DNA of 64,000 bases from Williopsis jadinii (GCA_024346625.1 AP024664.1:310001-374000); one strand, 5' to 3'; positions 52,918 through 64,000 are shown, numbered from the stretch's first letter. Translations and numbers: made by a program. Notes: generated by a model not told the origin, from the sequence alone.

Positions 52918-55624
52918 ATGGAACCACGTAAGAGGAATAGGAAACCTGTTGTTTGTACAGTTTGCAGAAAGCGAAAGATTAGGGTGAGTTTATATCCTTC
53001 CCATGTCCCCAAAATTTTACTCCGCTTGTTTACTGTTTTTAAGTGGCTTAATTCCGGGTGGAGGAGGGTACATACTTTTATTTTGAAGCATTACAAGATG
53101 AGGGTACTAACATGGGTTTGCTTTCTAGTGTGATCGTTTGAAGCCGGCTTGTACTTCTTGTAAGAAGTCCAATGCAAGTCATCTGTGTCATTATGAGGAA
53201 AACTTTGGAGGGTGGGATCAGAATGACGATCCACGCACCCCTTCTCTCGGTACTCACCAATCAATGTCCATCATGGACATGAAACACAGTGGTGTTATGC
53301 ACCAACAATCGCAGAGTCAACCGTTGCCAAACCAATATCCACAGTTTCAGTACCAACATGGGCCACAAGCACAAGCTCAAGCTCAACATCCCATGAACCA
53401 TGGTTTCCCTCCACAAGGAGTGCCACTAAATTCTCCACCTCCACCTCCTCCGATGTACGACTCAAGACCGTTCGCAAGTGGGCCCCCAATGGGAATACCG
53501 ACTCCTGGTATGTATCCAATGGCAGGTCAACCACCGATGGGTTACGGTGGACCTGTTATGATGGATTATTGGAACTCTTTCCCACCTGGCCCAAATCAGC
53601 TGCCAAGCTATACCGCACAGTCCCGCACACCGGGTGAACTTGTCGAACCTTTAAGGCCAGTACCTCCATTCCCAGATGTTATGGGTCCATTTCCACATCG
53701 TCCACCTTTTCAGTCACATCTTCCACCTATCAGCAACCAGGAACCGCATATTCTTTCTCCAAATAAGCGTCAAAGAATTGAGGTGGAACCGGAAAGCGTC
53801 ATTGATCCATCCTTGTTCAAACCATATGAACTTATCGATTTCCACAACATGATTTGTCCACAAATGAAAAAGGTGAAGTTGGAGTGTAATGGTCTCTTGG
53901 AAAACAATTCCCTCTTGAAGAGGGATAAGATCTATTCGATCTTTTACTTTTACCTCATGAAACTTGATTCCATTCCTAGAGCTCCGCCATCGAACAGGTT
54001 TACTCGACTGGTTCAGAATCCTAGCTACGAAATCGAAAGATTTTACAGAGAACCTCAAAGCTTGGTTGAATTCATCAAAAAAATTGAAGAAGTTTTACCG
54101 AAGAACAAGATTGTCTGGTTGCTGGTGGAGAGGTTCTTTCTCGATATCGCACAACCTTTTTGTCCTACACTTGAGGAGAAAAAATTTACCAAGGACTTAG
54201 CACGTGTGATTGGTCCACCTGAGTCACCTGAAGCTGATACCAAATTTAACATATCTCTTGATAATAACGAAGATTTAGTAATCTGTCTGAAGTTGATGTT
54301 TGTCGTTAGAATCATGCAAATTTGTCTCTTGACGACGACAAGATTGGACAAATCTTCTGACTATCTGCTGAAGAGCTGCAAACCATCACATGAGTTAGAG
54401 CTATACATTGATCTATTCTTCAACACAATTACGAAGTTCAACGTCAGCGATGAAACTAGGTTGAAACTCACTCTAATGAAGGTACTTCTTTCGACAATCT
54501 CTTTTGACGGCGTCACTCCATTGAATTTGAGTCCTTCGACATTGATGGCATTGGCACTTCAGTTAAATTTGAATATTGATGGCGAAATTGGCGACGAGGA
54601 GAATTTAAAGCATATCTGGTACTACATCTATGTCTATTACTTCTCCGTCTGTATACAACACGGACTGCCAATTTTCCTTACGGAGGATTTTTTCAATGTG
54701 AAACTTTCAGAAGCTGGGGTGGGTATAGGCAAGATCTTTATGAAGTCAATCAACATCAACTATGAAAAACAAGTTGAGGTGTTCAAATCTGCTAGGCACT
54801 TGGTCAGCTCTTTACATAAGCCGCACCACAAGCTAAGTGTTGGAACTGTGTGCAAGTTGTTAAAAGAGTATGATGAAGTATTTGACCAACAATTTGGAAG
54901 CTTTAACGAAAACAAGAATGAAATTAGTTATAACTATGCCGAGAAAATCAGTCGTCTGATGAATTCTATCTTGCACAACATGACAAAGGCCAACGTTCTT
55001 GCCGTTGTTATGTTGCATTATGAAAACTACCCAGATGCTCCAAAAGGTGAAGTAGTGAAATTCATTAATGAGTATCAACAAGTGTGCTATAACTCATTTC
55101 AAGAATCGCTGGACGTTTTGAAAAATTACAACAACTATTTCAAATCTGGCTATGAGTTTTATCTCTTTGAATTCATATTTAAACTTTTGGAGAGATTGCT
55201 AAAACATCTGCAAAGTTTCCTATTGAGATTTGAGTATTTTAAAACTCCTTACTCATCTTTACTCAAATTCTTCTTGAGCATCATTGAAGAGTTAAACAAA
55301 TTCCCTGTTTTACAGCAATATGTTCAGCTTTGGCGTTTGCAAAACCGTGCGAAGATCATATTGCATATATTAAAACGTCATCGTGAGGGCAAGATCAATG
55401 CATTTGAATTGAAATTTGACTATCAAGGTGAGGAGATTGACTTTACGGGATTCTATTCGAGCTTCCTGACCATTGGTACTGAATCATGGGATGCGCTCGA
55501 TAAGGGCTTTGACAAGCTAAACGAACTATGCGATACGAAATATTCGAACCTCAGATCCAAAGATGACTTGTTTAATGCAATTGACTTCCCAGAGCCGGAG
55601 TTTTGTATAAACTACTTCCACTGA
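52918..55624 (+). CDS. Zn(II)2Cys6 transcription factor; exons 52918-52983 and 53129-55624
   Basis: Splicing (GTGAGT...TACTAAC...TAG) joins CTVCRKRKIR|CDRLKPACTSC......C; Pro/Gln-rich linker and fungal TF middle region. Confidence 0.9.
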
Positions 55625-55634
55625 GGTGGTTTTT

Positions 55635-57413
55635 CTAAAGACCGTCAAAGTCTCCCATCACCTGTTGACCAGATTTCTTCAATCTCTTTTCCTGTTTACT
55701 CTGTGTTATTAGTTCTTTCCAATCTTTGCTTGAATCGTCTTCTTCACCGTCATCTTCAACCAACTCCAAATCTCTTCTCCGTTTTGCGGTTTGAGACTGT
55801 TGGAATCTGTCACTTCTATCCTGTTTGTTTGACTTTGATTTGGACCAAGCTGTATTATCTGATGTTGTTTTTGTTTTATTTTCACGTTTCTCTTTCCTCT
55901 TTTCTTTATTTTGTAGCTTCTTGTCTTCTATTGCCTGTTCCTCCAGCCTCTTTGCCTCCTGAGCCTCGTCCAAGTACGAATACTCTCTGAAGTTGATGGA
56001 AGTGTCGAGGAACCCATCTTTGGGGAAGGAGTCGCCGTTGATCTCTGGCATCTTTGGGAGTCTTAGAAGGCCATAACTCTTCGCCACACCCAGGTAGTCC
56101 AGCTCCTTCAGTCTAAAGATGGAAGTTGCTGTGTGCTTAGAGTAGTACCTGATAAAACTGACGTAGCTTCGAACAGCCTTATCATGTCTTGATCTATCCT
56201 TCAGCATCCAATCCTTAACAACGCGGTGGAAATCTCCGAAAGAGGAGTCCTCAACTTTCAATTCATCCAGTTCGATACCCTTTACTTCTAGCAGTTCAAC
56301 GTAATCTTCTTCTCTGCCTTCATTCAACAGTGTGATTGCTTGACCTTGTCTATTTGCCCTACCAGCCCTACCACATCTATGGACGAACATGTCAGGGTCT
56401 TGTGGAGGGTCGAATTGAACAACCAGGTCAACATTGGCAACGTCGATGCCCCTAGCAGCAACGTCCGTGGTCATGAGAACGGACTTGGCCTCAACAGACT
56501 TGTCGAACTTATCCATGGTTCTGATTCTTGCCTGTGATTTCAGCTTGCCATGCAATGAAAAGAAGGAGAGTTCGAGCTGGTAGTGATGTGTCAAATGTCT
56601 CAGAAGAGCGTAGAAGTACTCCACTGAAACACACGTTGGGAAGTAGACTATGCTCTTCTGGAAATGGTACTTGTTCAGGATCATTAATAGCTTCATCAGC
56701 TTGTCCATTGGTTCAGTGACTGTGTAGTTCAACTGAAGGGTCTTTGGTTTATGGCCCTTTGCGTTGACAACGATTCTGACCGGGTTTCTCAAGCCTGTTC
56801 TGTGCAAGTTTTGAGTTGCCACCTCAGAGAGCATCGTAGCACTGAACAGTCCAACTCTCTTCTGCTTAGGTAGGGAAGTAAAGATGAAGTCCATCTCCTT
56901 TTGGTAGTTCAAGTCCAACAGACGGTCTGCTTCATCAAGGACGAGCACCTCCACTGATTTGGGTATCACCTTGCCAAAGAACTGCTCCAAACGACCAGGA
57001 GTCCCAACAACAACATCAGGCTTGGATCTCTTGAACTCTCTAACGTCCTCAGTCAGCGTCTGTACACCCCCGACAACGGTCTGGACCGTTATGTCCTCCT
57101 TGGGGTTAAACTTCAACACACTATCAAACACCTTTTCAATCTGTAACGCCAGCTCCCTAGTTGGCGCAACGACAAGGCCAAACAGCTCCTTTCTATCCTT
57201 CTGTGCGCTGATTCTATTCAGGATCGGTATAACAAACGACAACGTCTTACCAGACCCGGTCACGGCTTCAACAACAACGTCCTTGTTTCTCGAGAACAGT
57301 GGGATCGTGGAAGCCTGAACCGGTGTCATCTGCTCAAATCCCATCGAATCAATGGCATCTTTCAGCCAATCAGACAGGTTCTTGAGCTCTTTCCAATCAA
57401 GCGACTTAGACAT
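55635..57413 (-). CDS. SPB4: DEAD-box rRNA helicase Spb4
   Basis: MTPVQASTIP, TGSGKT, DEAD, SAT, HRCGRAGR, YYSKH.A.SIFRL. Confidence 0.94.
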   Translation of the reverse strand: MSKSLDWKELKNLSDWLKDAIDSMGFEQMTPVQASTIPLFSRNKDVVVEAVTGSGKTLSFVIPILNRISAQKDRKELFGLVVAPTRELALQIEKVFDSVLKFNPKEDITVQTVVGGVQTLTEDVREFKRSKPDVVVGTPGRLEQFFGKVIPKSVEVLVLDEADRLLDLNYQKEMDFIFTSLPKQKRVGLFSATMLSEVATQNLHRTGLRNPVRIVVNAKGHKPKTLQLNYTVTEPMDKLMKLLMILNKYHFQKSIVYFPTCVSVEYFYALLRHLTHHYQLELSFFSLHGKLKSQARIRTMDKFDKSVEAKSVLMTTDVAARGIDVANVDLVVQFDPPQDPDMFVHRCGRAGRANRQGQAITLLNEGREEDYVELLEVKGIELDELKVEDSSFGDFHRVVKDWMLKDRSRHDKAVRSYVSFIRYYSKHTATSIFRLKELDYLGVAKSYGLLRLPKMPEINGDSFPKDGFLDTSINFREYSYLDEAQEAKRLEEQAIEDKKLQNKEKRKEKRENKTKTTSDNTAWSKSKSNKQDRSDRFQQSQTAKRRRDLELVEDDGEEDDSSKDWKELITQSKQEKRLKKSGQQVMGDFDGL

Positions 57414-57488
57414 CCTCAACCTCCCTGTGTGTGTTTCTCTGTGCTGATCTTCCCTGGCTTAATTGTGTCTCAGCTTAGGCGAAGAGAT

Positions 57489-57560
57489 GCGATGAGCTTC
57501 CCAAGGCCTCTGCTAAAAAAAATTTTTTTAGCAGGCTCTCGAGAAGCGCAGTGAAAAATT
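57489..57560. promoter_or_regulatory. PAC and RRPE elements in the SPB4/DEG1 divergent promoter
   Basis: GCGATGAG 57489-57496, palindromic A8T7 RRPE core 57515-57529, TGAAAAATT 57552-57560. Confidence 0.75.
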
Positions 57561-57609
57561 CACGAGACATAAATCACTATCGAAATCACCGATTAACCAC
57601 TTGAAAACG

Positions 57610-58830
57610 ATGCTGAAGATGGGCTCAAAGTATGTCGACTGGACTAGAGAGGCCTTGATTGAAAGGATTGTGCAATTGGAGAAGACTATTCAACAAAGTG
57701 GCTCATCTGCGCCGAAGTTCCATAAACAGAAGTCGAAGGGCCAGAGACCTATAGATTTCTCCAAATATTCAACTAGAAAGATTGCACTGAGGTTCAGCTA
57801 CTTGGGGTGGAACTACAACGGCCTGGCAGTACAGAAGGACCCGACTCCGCTGCCCACTGTGGAGGGAGTGATTCTGCAAGCGTTGGAGCAATGCCGGCTG
57901 ATCTCTGATGCTTCTAACCCTCAGGGCTGCGAATTCAGTCGATGTGGTCGAACTGATAGAGGTGTTAGTGCCATGAACCAGGTGATTTCGCTCAGAGTGA
58001 GAAGCAATCTGACACAGGAAGAGCAGGGCGTGAAGTCCAACGACCCCAGAGAGATCGACTACCTGAACATTTTGAATTGTCTACTGCCAAAGGATATCAA
58101 GATTCATTCCATATGCCTCCGTCCAGTGGAAGGATTCGACGCAAGGTTCAGCTGTATATCAAGACATTACAAGTATATCTTCCATGGAGAGAGACTCGAC
58201 ATTGCAAAGATGGAGGAGGCTGCGCACCACTATGTCGGTGAGCACGACTTCCGGAACTTCTGTAAACTTGATGGCTCCAAACAGATCACCAACTATAAGA
58301 GAACCATGTTGCAATCGAGAATCCTGGAGTTGAACAATGGATTCTACTGCTTCGACCTGGAAGGCAGTGCCTTCCTGTGGCATCAGGTCAGAAACATGGT
58401 TGCGGTGTTGTTCTTGGTTGGACAAGGACTCGAGTCTCCAGGAGTTGTTAGAGAGCTATTGGACGTTTCACATACGTTCCCAACAAAGCCTGTGTTCGAG
58501 ATGGCATCTGACTTGCCCTTGGTGCTTTATGATTGCAAATTCCCGGAGATGGAGTGGATTGAAGCCATTGAGGGCACCAAGAACGACCGTACAAACACCA
58601 CGATATACTCCAATTGGCTGGAATTGCAGATACGTTCACAGATATCAACAATGATGCTTGAAAAGTTCCGTGCAGAGTCAAAGCACAGTAACAATGCAAT
58701 CAGAATCAACTTGGGAGATGGCAAGGGTAGAGTGATGGCGCAATACGTTCCTTTGGACAAGAGGGAACTACACGAGTCGTACGAGGTCATCAATGAAAGG
58801 TTCAATAATAAAAAGCAGAGAACTAAATAG
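57610..58830 (+). CDS. DEG1: tRNA pseudouridine 38/39 synthase
   Basis: IALRFSYLGWNYNG, SRCGRTDRGVSA, FDARFSC..RHYKY, GSAFLWHQVR; divergent from SPB4 as in S. cerevisiae. Confidence 0.94.
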   Translation: MLKMGSKYVDWTREALIERIVQLEKTIQQSGSSAPKFHKQKSKGQRPIDFSKYSTRKIALRFSYLGWNYNGLAVQKDPTPLPTVEGVILQALEQCRLISDASNPQGCEFSRCGRTDRGVSAMNQVISLRVRSNLTQEEQGVKSNDPREIDYLNILNCLLPKDIKIHSICLRPVEGFDARFSCISRHYKYIFHGERLDIAKMEEAAHHYVGEHDFRNFCKLDGSKQITNYKRTMLQSRILELNNGFYCFDLEGSAFLWHQVRNMVAVLFLVGQGLESPGVVRELLDVSHTFPTKPVFEMASDLPLVLYDCKFPEMEWIEAIEGTKNDRTNTTIYSNWLELQIRSQISTMMLEKFRAESKHSNNAIRINLGDGKGRVMAQYVPLDKRELHESYEVINERFNNKKQRTK

Positions 58831-59506
58831 GCCTGTGCCGGTTATAAGCGATAAACTTCAATATAGCATCAATAGCTTTGGAATTTTGTAGAATTTGACC
58901 ATCCAATTCTTGCTTTAACTGTTTGAATTGGCCAATGTCAAGATCAACCTTGTCCAAATTGACGATGATGAGGTCTTTCGAAACAGTTAGCAGACCGTGG
59001 TGCTCGTCACAGACGATTCTCATCGGTAGGGTGTCGTCAATCACAGTGTAATCACACTGTGAGATCACCTTACAGTACAGCTCATTGATCAACTCCGGGT
59101 TTCTCTCATTCCAATTGACGTCCTGGATATTCGTTATATTCGAAGAGTTCGACAATAGCTCCAGACTCGCTAGCGATACCCACTTCTTCGCCTTCATCCT
59201 GCTCAGCCAACTATAATCATTAGGACCATATCCATTGCTCAACCCACTCTTGAACCCCTCGACATTGGGAATCAGCCATAGCTTGCCATCTTCACGGTTT
59301 TTGAAAGTAGAAAAGGTCATCAGCAGGTCTCTGGGGACCTTGATGAGCTTTGTGCTCCTATCCACCCTCAACGGCGAGCTCAAGGCCCTGAGAAATGGGT
59401 TCTTAGGTGGCATAGTTGGCTTAATTGACGGCATCTTCTTCTCCCATCTGTTGCTGAGTTCCATCACAGGGGACCTCAGCAACGGGGCCCTTGGTATATA
59501 GCGCAT
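58823..59506 (-). CDS. Hypothetical protein, possibly Rrg8-like (mitochondrial)
   Basis: 227-aa ORF with NPFLRALSSPLR...PRDLL resembling the Rrg8 N-terminal block; weak recall. Confidence 0.5.
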   Translation of the reverse strand: MRYIPRAPLLRSPVMELSNRWEKKMPSIKPTMPPKNPFLRALSSPLRVDRSTKLIKVPRDLLMTFSTFKNREDGKLWLIPNVEGFKSGLSNGYGPNDYSWLSRMKAKKWVSLASLELLSNSSNITNIQDVNWNERNPELINELYCKVISQCDYTVIDDTLPMRIVCDEHHGLLTVSKDLIIVNLDKVDLDIGQFKQLKQELDGQILQNSKAIDAILKFIAYNRHRPI

Positions 59507-59917
59507 CGGGGATTGCACGAGCGTGGTAGATGTGTCCAGTAACACCAGGTGGCTCCACAGGAGCCACTGGACTAGGTGAAGATTGAAGTAAACTGAAGTG
59601 AAGGTGTTACCTATATAGCAGTTTGCTTACGTAAGCGGTATTAAATACAGCACACCTGAAGCTCTCCGCTACGCTGGCTCACAACGCCGGCTCACAACGC
59701 CTCAATTGGTATATTCTCCCTGGCTGCCGAGTGCCACCAGCCTCTACTACCATCTCCTCGAGCATCTCCTTCAATTTCCTCCCGCAACACCGTCAAACCG
59801 TTCTATCCATTTACTCCCTCATCGCCCAATGCTTCCCCGGGACATATATACATAGTGGAAAATTCTTCAACATTTCCACCTCTGAATCGTGGCAGATCAA
59901 CACCAACAGGCCTCCAG

Positions 59918-60535
59918 ATGATGCTAAACAAGCTGCTACGAAGATCCGTGTCCACCGACACACATGCTCAGTTCCGAGAGGCGATGTCCTCCATCGCTTC
60001 TCATGTCATGATCCTCACGGCTGCTTCATCACAGACCTCCTCCCCGGTGTATAAAGGTGTGACGCTGTCGAGCGTCACGTCACTTTCCATAAACCCTGAT
60101 CCAATGGTGCAGTTCAATCTGATGAAGCCGTCTCTGACGTCCACGTATCTCCATGCGTACGAGAAGTTTGCCCTTCATATACTCACGCCTACACAGTACA
60201 GCTGTGAGTTAGCAAGGCTGTTTGCACGCAACAGGCATTATGACGACTCACTTGGAGAGTACGTACCGTTTGAACCGTTTAAACATCTCTCGACAGAGGA
60301 ATATGAGATATATGACAAGGCCACGGGCTGTTCCTTGCCCATCTTGACCAAAGTTGAGAGAATTATGATCTGTTCAAAGGTGAAGAGCCTACAGGTGCAA
60401 GATCATGAAGTGTGGATAGCCAAAGTTGACGAGGTTCTGAACAAGACCGATGAAAAGACCGGTGGACTGCTGAATTTCAACAGAGAGTTCCACACAGTGG
60501 GCGAGGACTTGCACAAATCTACCAAAGTTGACTAA
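59918..60535 (+). CDS. Flavin-reductase-like (split-barrel FMN-binding) protein
   Basis: FREAMSSIASHVMILT, GVTLSSVTSLSINP.P...FNL, QDHEVWIAKV, GLLNFNREF. Confidence 0.85.
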   Translation: MMLNKLLRRSVSTDTHAQFREAMSSIASHVMILTAASSQTSSPVYKGVTLSSVTSLSINPDPMVQFNLMKPSLTSTYLHAYEKFALHILTPTQYSCELARLFARNRHYDDSLGEYVPFEPFKHLSTEEYEIYDKATGCSLPILTKVERIMICSKVKSLQVQDHEVWIAKVDEVLNKTDEKTGGLLNFNREFHTVGEDLHKSTKVD

Positions 60536-60586
60536 AGCATGTGTATAGATAGGTATGTTCTATATAATGGCATTCACAAGGGCTCT

Positions 60587-62071
60587 TCAAAGCTTGTACT
60601 TCTCAGCAATCTGCTCGCCAGCCCTTGTTCCAAACACAACACACTCCAAGAGGGAGTTTCCACCAAGCCTGTTCTTGCCATGGACACCTCCGCTGACCTC
60701 GCCAGCAGCGTATAAGCCTTCAATTGGCACGCCATCTTTGTTGAGGACTTCACCGTTGATGTCGATCTTAACACCTCCCATTGTGAAGTGCACCACGGGT
60801 GTCACTTCACCAATGTACAAAGTGGTATCAGGAGAGACGTCAGGGAACACGTGCTGCTTGAACTTACGTCCAAACTGGTCCTCTGAGCCATTGGAATATT
60901 CCCTCAGGAGTTCTATAACCTTTGCACTGTCGTCGCCGAACTTCTCCGATAGAGTGGTCTCTTCAATGAGGTTCATCTTCTTGTAGAAGTCGATTTGGAA
61001 CTTGAAGTCCTTGTACATATCATCGCTCAAGACCAGGTATGCCTTTTTGCCCTCTTGGGCCAAGATTGCCTTGCTCACAGCGTCTCTCGTGTCCAATTCG
61101 TTGACGAATCTGTCGAATTTGGCGTTGAGCAGAATACCACCAATGCCTCTTAGGGACTCAGCTGCGAGGAACTTCCAGTTGCTCTGAGGGTCATCCTTCT
61201 TTATGAAGCCAGTAGGATGGATTTGGACGTATTCCATGTCGATCAATTCACCACCGGCATTCTCCAATATGACTTGGCCTTCACCTTGAGTGTTCTTATC
61301 ATTTGTCGTTGGGAAATCAACGTAATGAGGTGTGTATTTGCTTAGCAATTCCTTCGAATAGCCAAATCCACCTGTTGCAATGACAACGTTTGAAGTCTTG
61401 ATCGTGGACTCTTCACCGCTGGTCACATTCAGATACTTCACACCTTTCACTTTGTTATCGACGATATCTAAGCCCGTGAGTTTGGCACCGTTATGAAGCT
61501 CAACCCCAGGTTGCTCCTTGACCTTTGCCAGCAGCTTGGAAATGATTTCAAACCCAGGTGGCACACCCTCAGATCTATGGGTTCTCGTTTGAGAATGGCC
61601 ACCAAGTCTGTTCACAACGTTCAAGGGAACACCAATGCTCGTCTTCAGCCAGTCAATTGCCTTCGTACTGTCGTTGACGAGGACTCTCTGGAGATCCTTG
61701 TCACCGATGTGCTTGGCACTGTTGATGGTGTCGTTGTAGAAGACCTCGAACGAGTCCTCGATGCCCTTCAGCTTCTGCGTCTCAGTATGCATTCCGTTGA
61801 TGCCTGAAGATGCCTTCATGGAATTACCACCAAACTTTTCACCTTTCTCCAGCAAAACAACTGGAACGTTGCGCAATAGCAGTGTATATGCAGACGACAG
61901 TCCAGCCAATCCGGAACCAACGACAACAACGGGTGGCTTCATATCAGTACTCTCCTCTGAGGGATCCTCCTTTGTTAGTTGGCTAAAATGATGATTGATG
62001 GACATATAGAGAACGATGATTGATAGTATGACCAGCAGATATTTCATTCTCCTGAAGGAGATCAGTTTCAT
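60587..62071 (-). CDS. OSM1: Soluble fumarate reductase with N-terminal signal (Osm1-type)
   Basis: VVGSGLAG, GGNSMKASSGING, LGGHS..RTH, QIHPTG, VHFTMGG, HGKNRLGGNSLLEC; hydrophobic N-terminus. Confidence 0.88.
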   Translation of the reverse strand: MKLISFRRMKYLLVILSIIVLYMSINHHFSQLTKEDPSEESTDMKPPVVVVGSGLAGLSSAYTLLLRNVPVVLLEKGEKFGGNSMKASSGINGMHTETQKLKGIEDSFEVFYNDTINSAKHIGDKDLQRVLVNDSTKAIDWLKTSIGVPLNVVNRLGGHSQTRTHRSEGVPPGFEIISKLLAKVKEQPGVELHNGAKLTGLDIVDNKVKGVKYLNVTSGEESTIKTSNVVIATGGFGYSKELLSKYTPHYVDFPTTNDKNTQGEGQVILENAGGELIDMEYVQIHPTGFIKKDDPQSNWKFLAAESLRGIGGILLNAKFDRFVNELDTRDAVSKAILAQEGKKAYLVLSDDMYKDFKFQIDFYKKMNLIEETTLSEKFGDDSAKVIELLREYSNGSEDQFGRKFKQHVFPDVSPDTTLYIGEVTPVVHFTMGGVKIDINGEVLNKDGVPIEGLYAAGEVSGGVHGKNRLGGNSLLECVVFGTRAGEQIAEKYKL

Positions 62072-62206
62072 CCAAAGACTGGTGGGAATAGTTACCTTTT
62101 TATACGCTCGTTTGCCAGAAACGTATGGGCTTATGGGTTGATTAATACAAAGGTGGAAAGTACATAAAGTATGCAAGGATCTGCTGATGATTATGAGGTG
62201 TGGCTT

Positions 62207-62250
62207 ACACCCGGACACCCATAAACCCGGACACCTATACACCCGGACAC
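62207..62250. repeat. 16-bp tandem repeat (2.75 units), Rap1-site/telomere-like
   Basis: ACACCCGGACACCCAT AAACCCGGACACCTAT ACACCCGGACAC. Confidence 0.85.
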
Positions 62251-62484
62251 TAAGCACCAGTATCACGTGCTGCCCTCGGATATTGTGTGTTTTCCGACCA
62301 TGCCTCCCACCAGTGTCCTCATTACCCGGCCTCAAGCCGTCTGTTTTGTTTTCGGGCCCTCCCGGATGTCTGGGTTATTGTCCCGTTTTGCAAAGCTCCC
62401 AAAGCAAAGGCACACAAGACACAGGACAAAGGGACACGGGACAAGCACATCAACACCCGTTGGCGAACTACGTGGAACACAACA

Positions 62485-64000
62485 ATGCCAGGGGAAGAAG
62501 TCCATAGACACACATCGACGAGATGGACCAAGGCGTCGAATGCGAACTACGACGGCGATGATTGGTGAGTATGCCACTGCGTTGGTGATTGTGTGTATTG
62601 AGTACCCGTATGCTAATGATGGAACAACTAGGAGTGATGATGAGTTTGACGAGCAACGAGAAGAGGAGCAGGAGCAGGAGCAGGATCAAGAGCGAGAGCA
62701 GGTGGCAACGTACAACGAGGAAGTCACCAAGACACCGGAGATGACTCTGAAGGCGAAGTTCGACGCGATGGAACTGGATCAACAAAAACCACGCGACAGT
62801 GTTGATGAGAAGAAGAGTGAGGGTGATTACGACGACGACTACCAGCCTGTGGCTGCTTCGCACTACCAACCTGCGCTTGGTGTTGAAGAGGATACCCAGG
62901 AGGGCTACATCTTGGAGGAGGATTCGTTCCATTCCGACGATTTGGAGGATAAAGGCGCAGAAGACGCTCAACATGTGCCAGCACATACCGATGAGGACTT
63001 TTACTACGACCCCAACGTTGCAACCAGCGCCTTTGAGCCTTTCCCAAGCGAGATGCCTGAGACTGAAGAGGAGTTCATGGCGATGATGGAGGCTCAAAAA
63101 CAGGCACATGAGGAATCGACGGTGGAGGGAGCGACCTCCCATGACGCTGAAACTATCAAGAGTGGTGGGAGTCTGCCTAGTCACAATGCTGGGCCTGTGA
63201 GCGAACAGAAGGAAGAGGAAGAGACTAATGATGGAAACGATGATGATGTTAATAACAATAATGACGATGAAGACGCCTATAACGATGGTGATGACGAATA
63301 CGATGACTATGTGCCAAAGCAGAGTCATTTCCGTTCAGAATTTATCAAATCACCCGAAAAGGAGAGCTTTGAGGTTCCTCATCCTCTCGAATCCGACACG
63401 GACGAGGTGGAAGATCAGCCTCAAGAAGCTGAAGCTGACAATGCTCGTACCACCGATATACCGATTATCGTGGAACCAGTTCATGAGCCAGTAGCAGAAT
63501 CATCAGCAGAAACAAGTGCTGAGCACTACGATGTCTCAGATACAGACACACTACACATCAATGACTCAAACGTCCAAAGTAAGGGCTCCTCCATAAGAGA
63601 GATCACCAGAGATCAGGCAGAGGCTGAAGGTGGCTTCACCTCTGCAACCATTCCAAATTCTGACAGTATACCGGCAAACTTGGAAGAACATGCCTACTTG
63701 AGCGATTTGATCAACTCGCCAATTCCAATGGATGAAGATGCCGAACAGAGTAATGTAGAGCATTACTATGTTGATGATTCCCTAGACGTTCCAAAGGAGA
63801 ACAGGGATTCGCAGTTCTATTCCTCCGTGAGTGATTACTTTGATGAGTACGCAGATGAGGATCAAAGCCGTGATCACTTGGAACTGGCTAAATCGAGATC
63901 CAGGTCTTCAGGCTCGTTATCTACTGGAAGCTACTCCCTGAGTGAGCATAGGTCTTCAAAGCTGAGTGATCGTACCCCGAGTTTGACCAACAGAAGCTTT
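62485..64000 (+). CDS. FYV8: Fyv8-like acidic protein (3' end runs off the window); exons 62485-62564 and 62632 onward
   Basis: N-terminus RWTKASNANYDGDDW resembles Fyv8 RWVSAS.A.YDG..W; intron GTGAGT...TGCTAAT...TAG; long acidic low-complexity frame open to the window end. Confidence 0.7.

Overview
A gene-dense window from a budding yeast (Saccharomycotina) nuclear chromosome. Short spliceosomal introns (GTATGT/GTAAGT/GTGAGT...TACTAAC...YAG) and a molybdopterin-synthase gene absent from S. cerevisiae suggest a Cyberlindnera/Wickerhamomyces-type yeast (inference). About 35 protein-coding genes are recognisable. The left arm (DCC1-BUD3-YCL012C-GBP2/HRB1-SGF29-MRP7-PGS1-YCL002C-RER1) matches the gene neighbourhood next to S. 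cerevisiae CEN3/CEN14. Immediately after RER1 is the only long gene-free interval (14052-21084, about 7 kb). It contains a degenerate Helitron Rep-like reading frame with a possible hairpin+CTRR 3' end, two ~515-bp direct repeats carrying small internal hairpins, an A34 tract, a duplicated piece of the Helitron frame, and a ~1.5-kb AT-rich core (~29% GC in the lines counted). No point-centromere CDEI/CDEIII was seen there. The main hypothesis is a short regional centromere associated with Helitron-derived DNA. Smaller observations include an Hsp31 homolog lacking its catalytic Glu, a Gcn4-site/uORF module on PCL5, a Rap1/telomere-like array, phased RGAC arrays in 5' leaders and a second AT island. 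All gene names come from recalled motifs and synteny, not from database searches.
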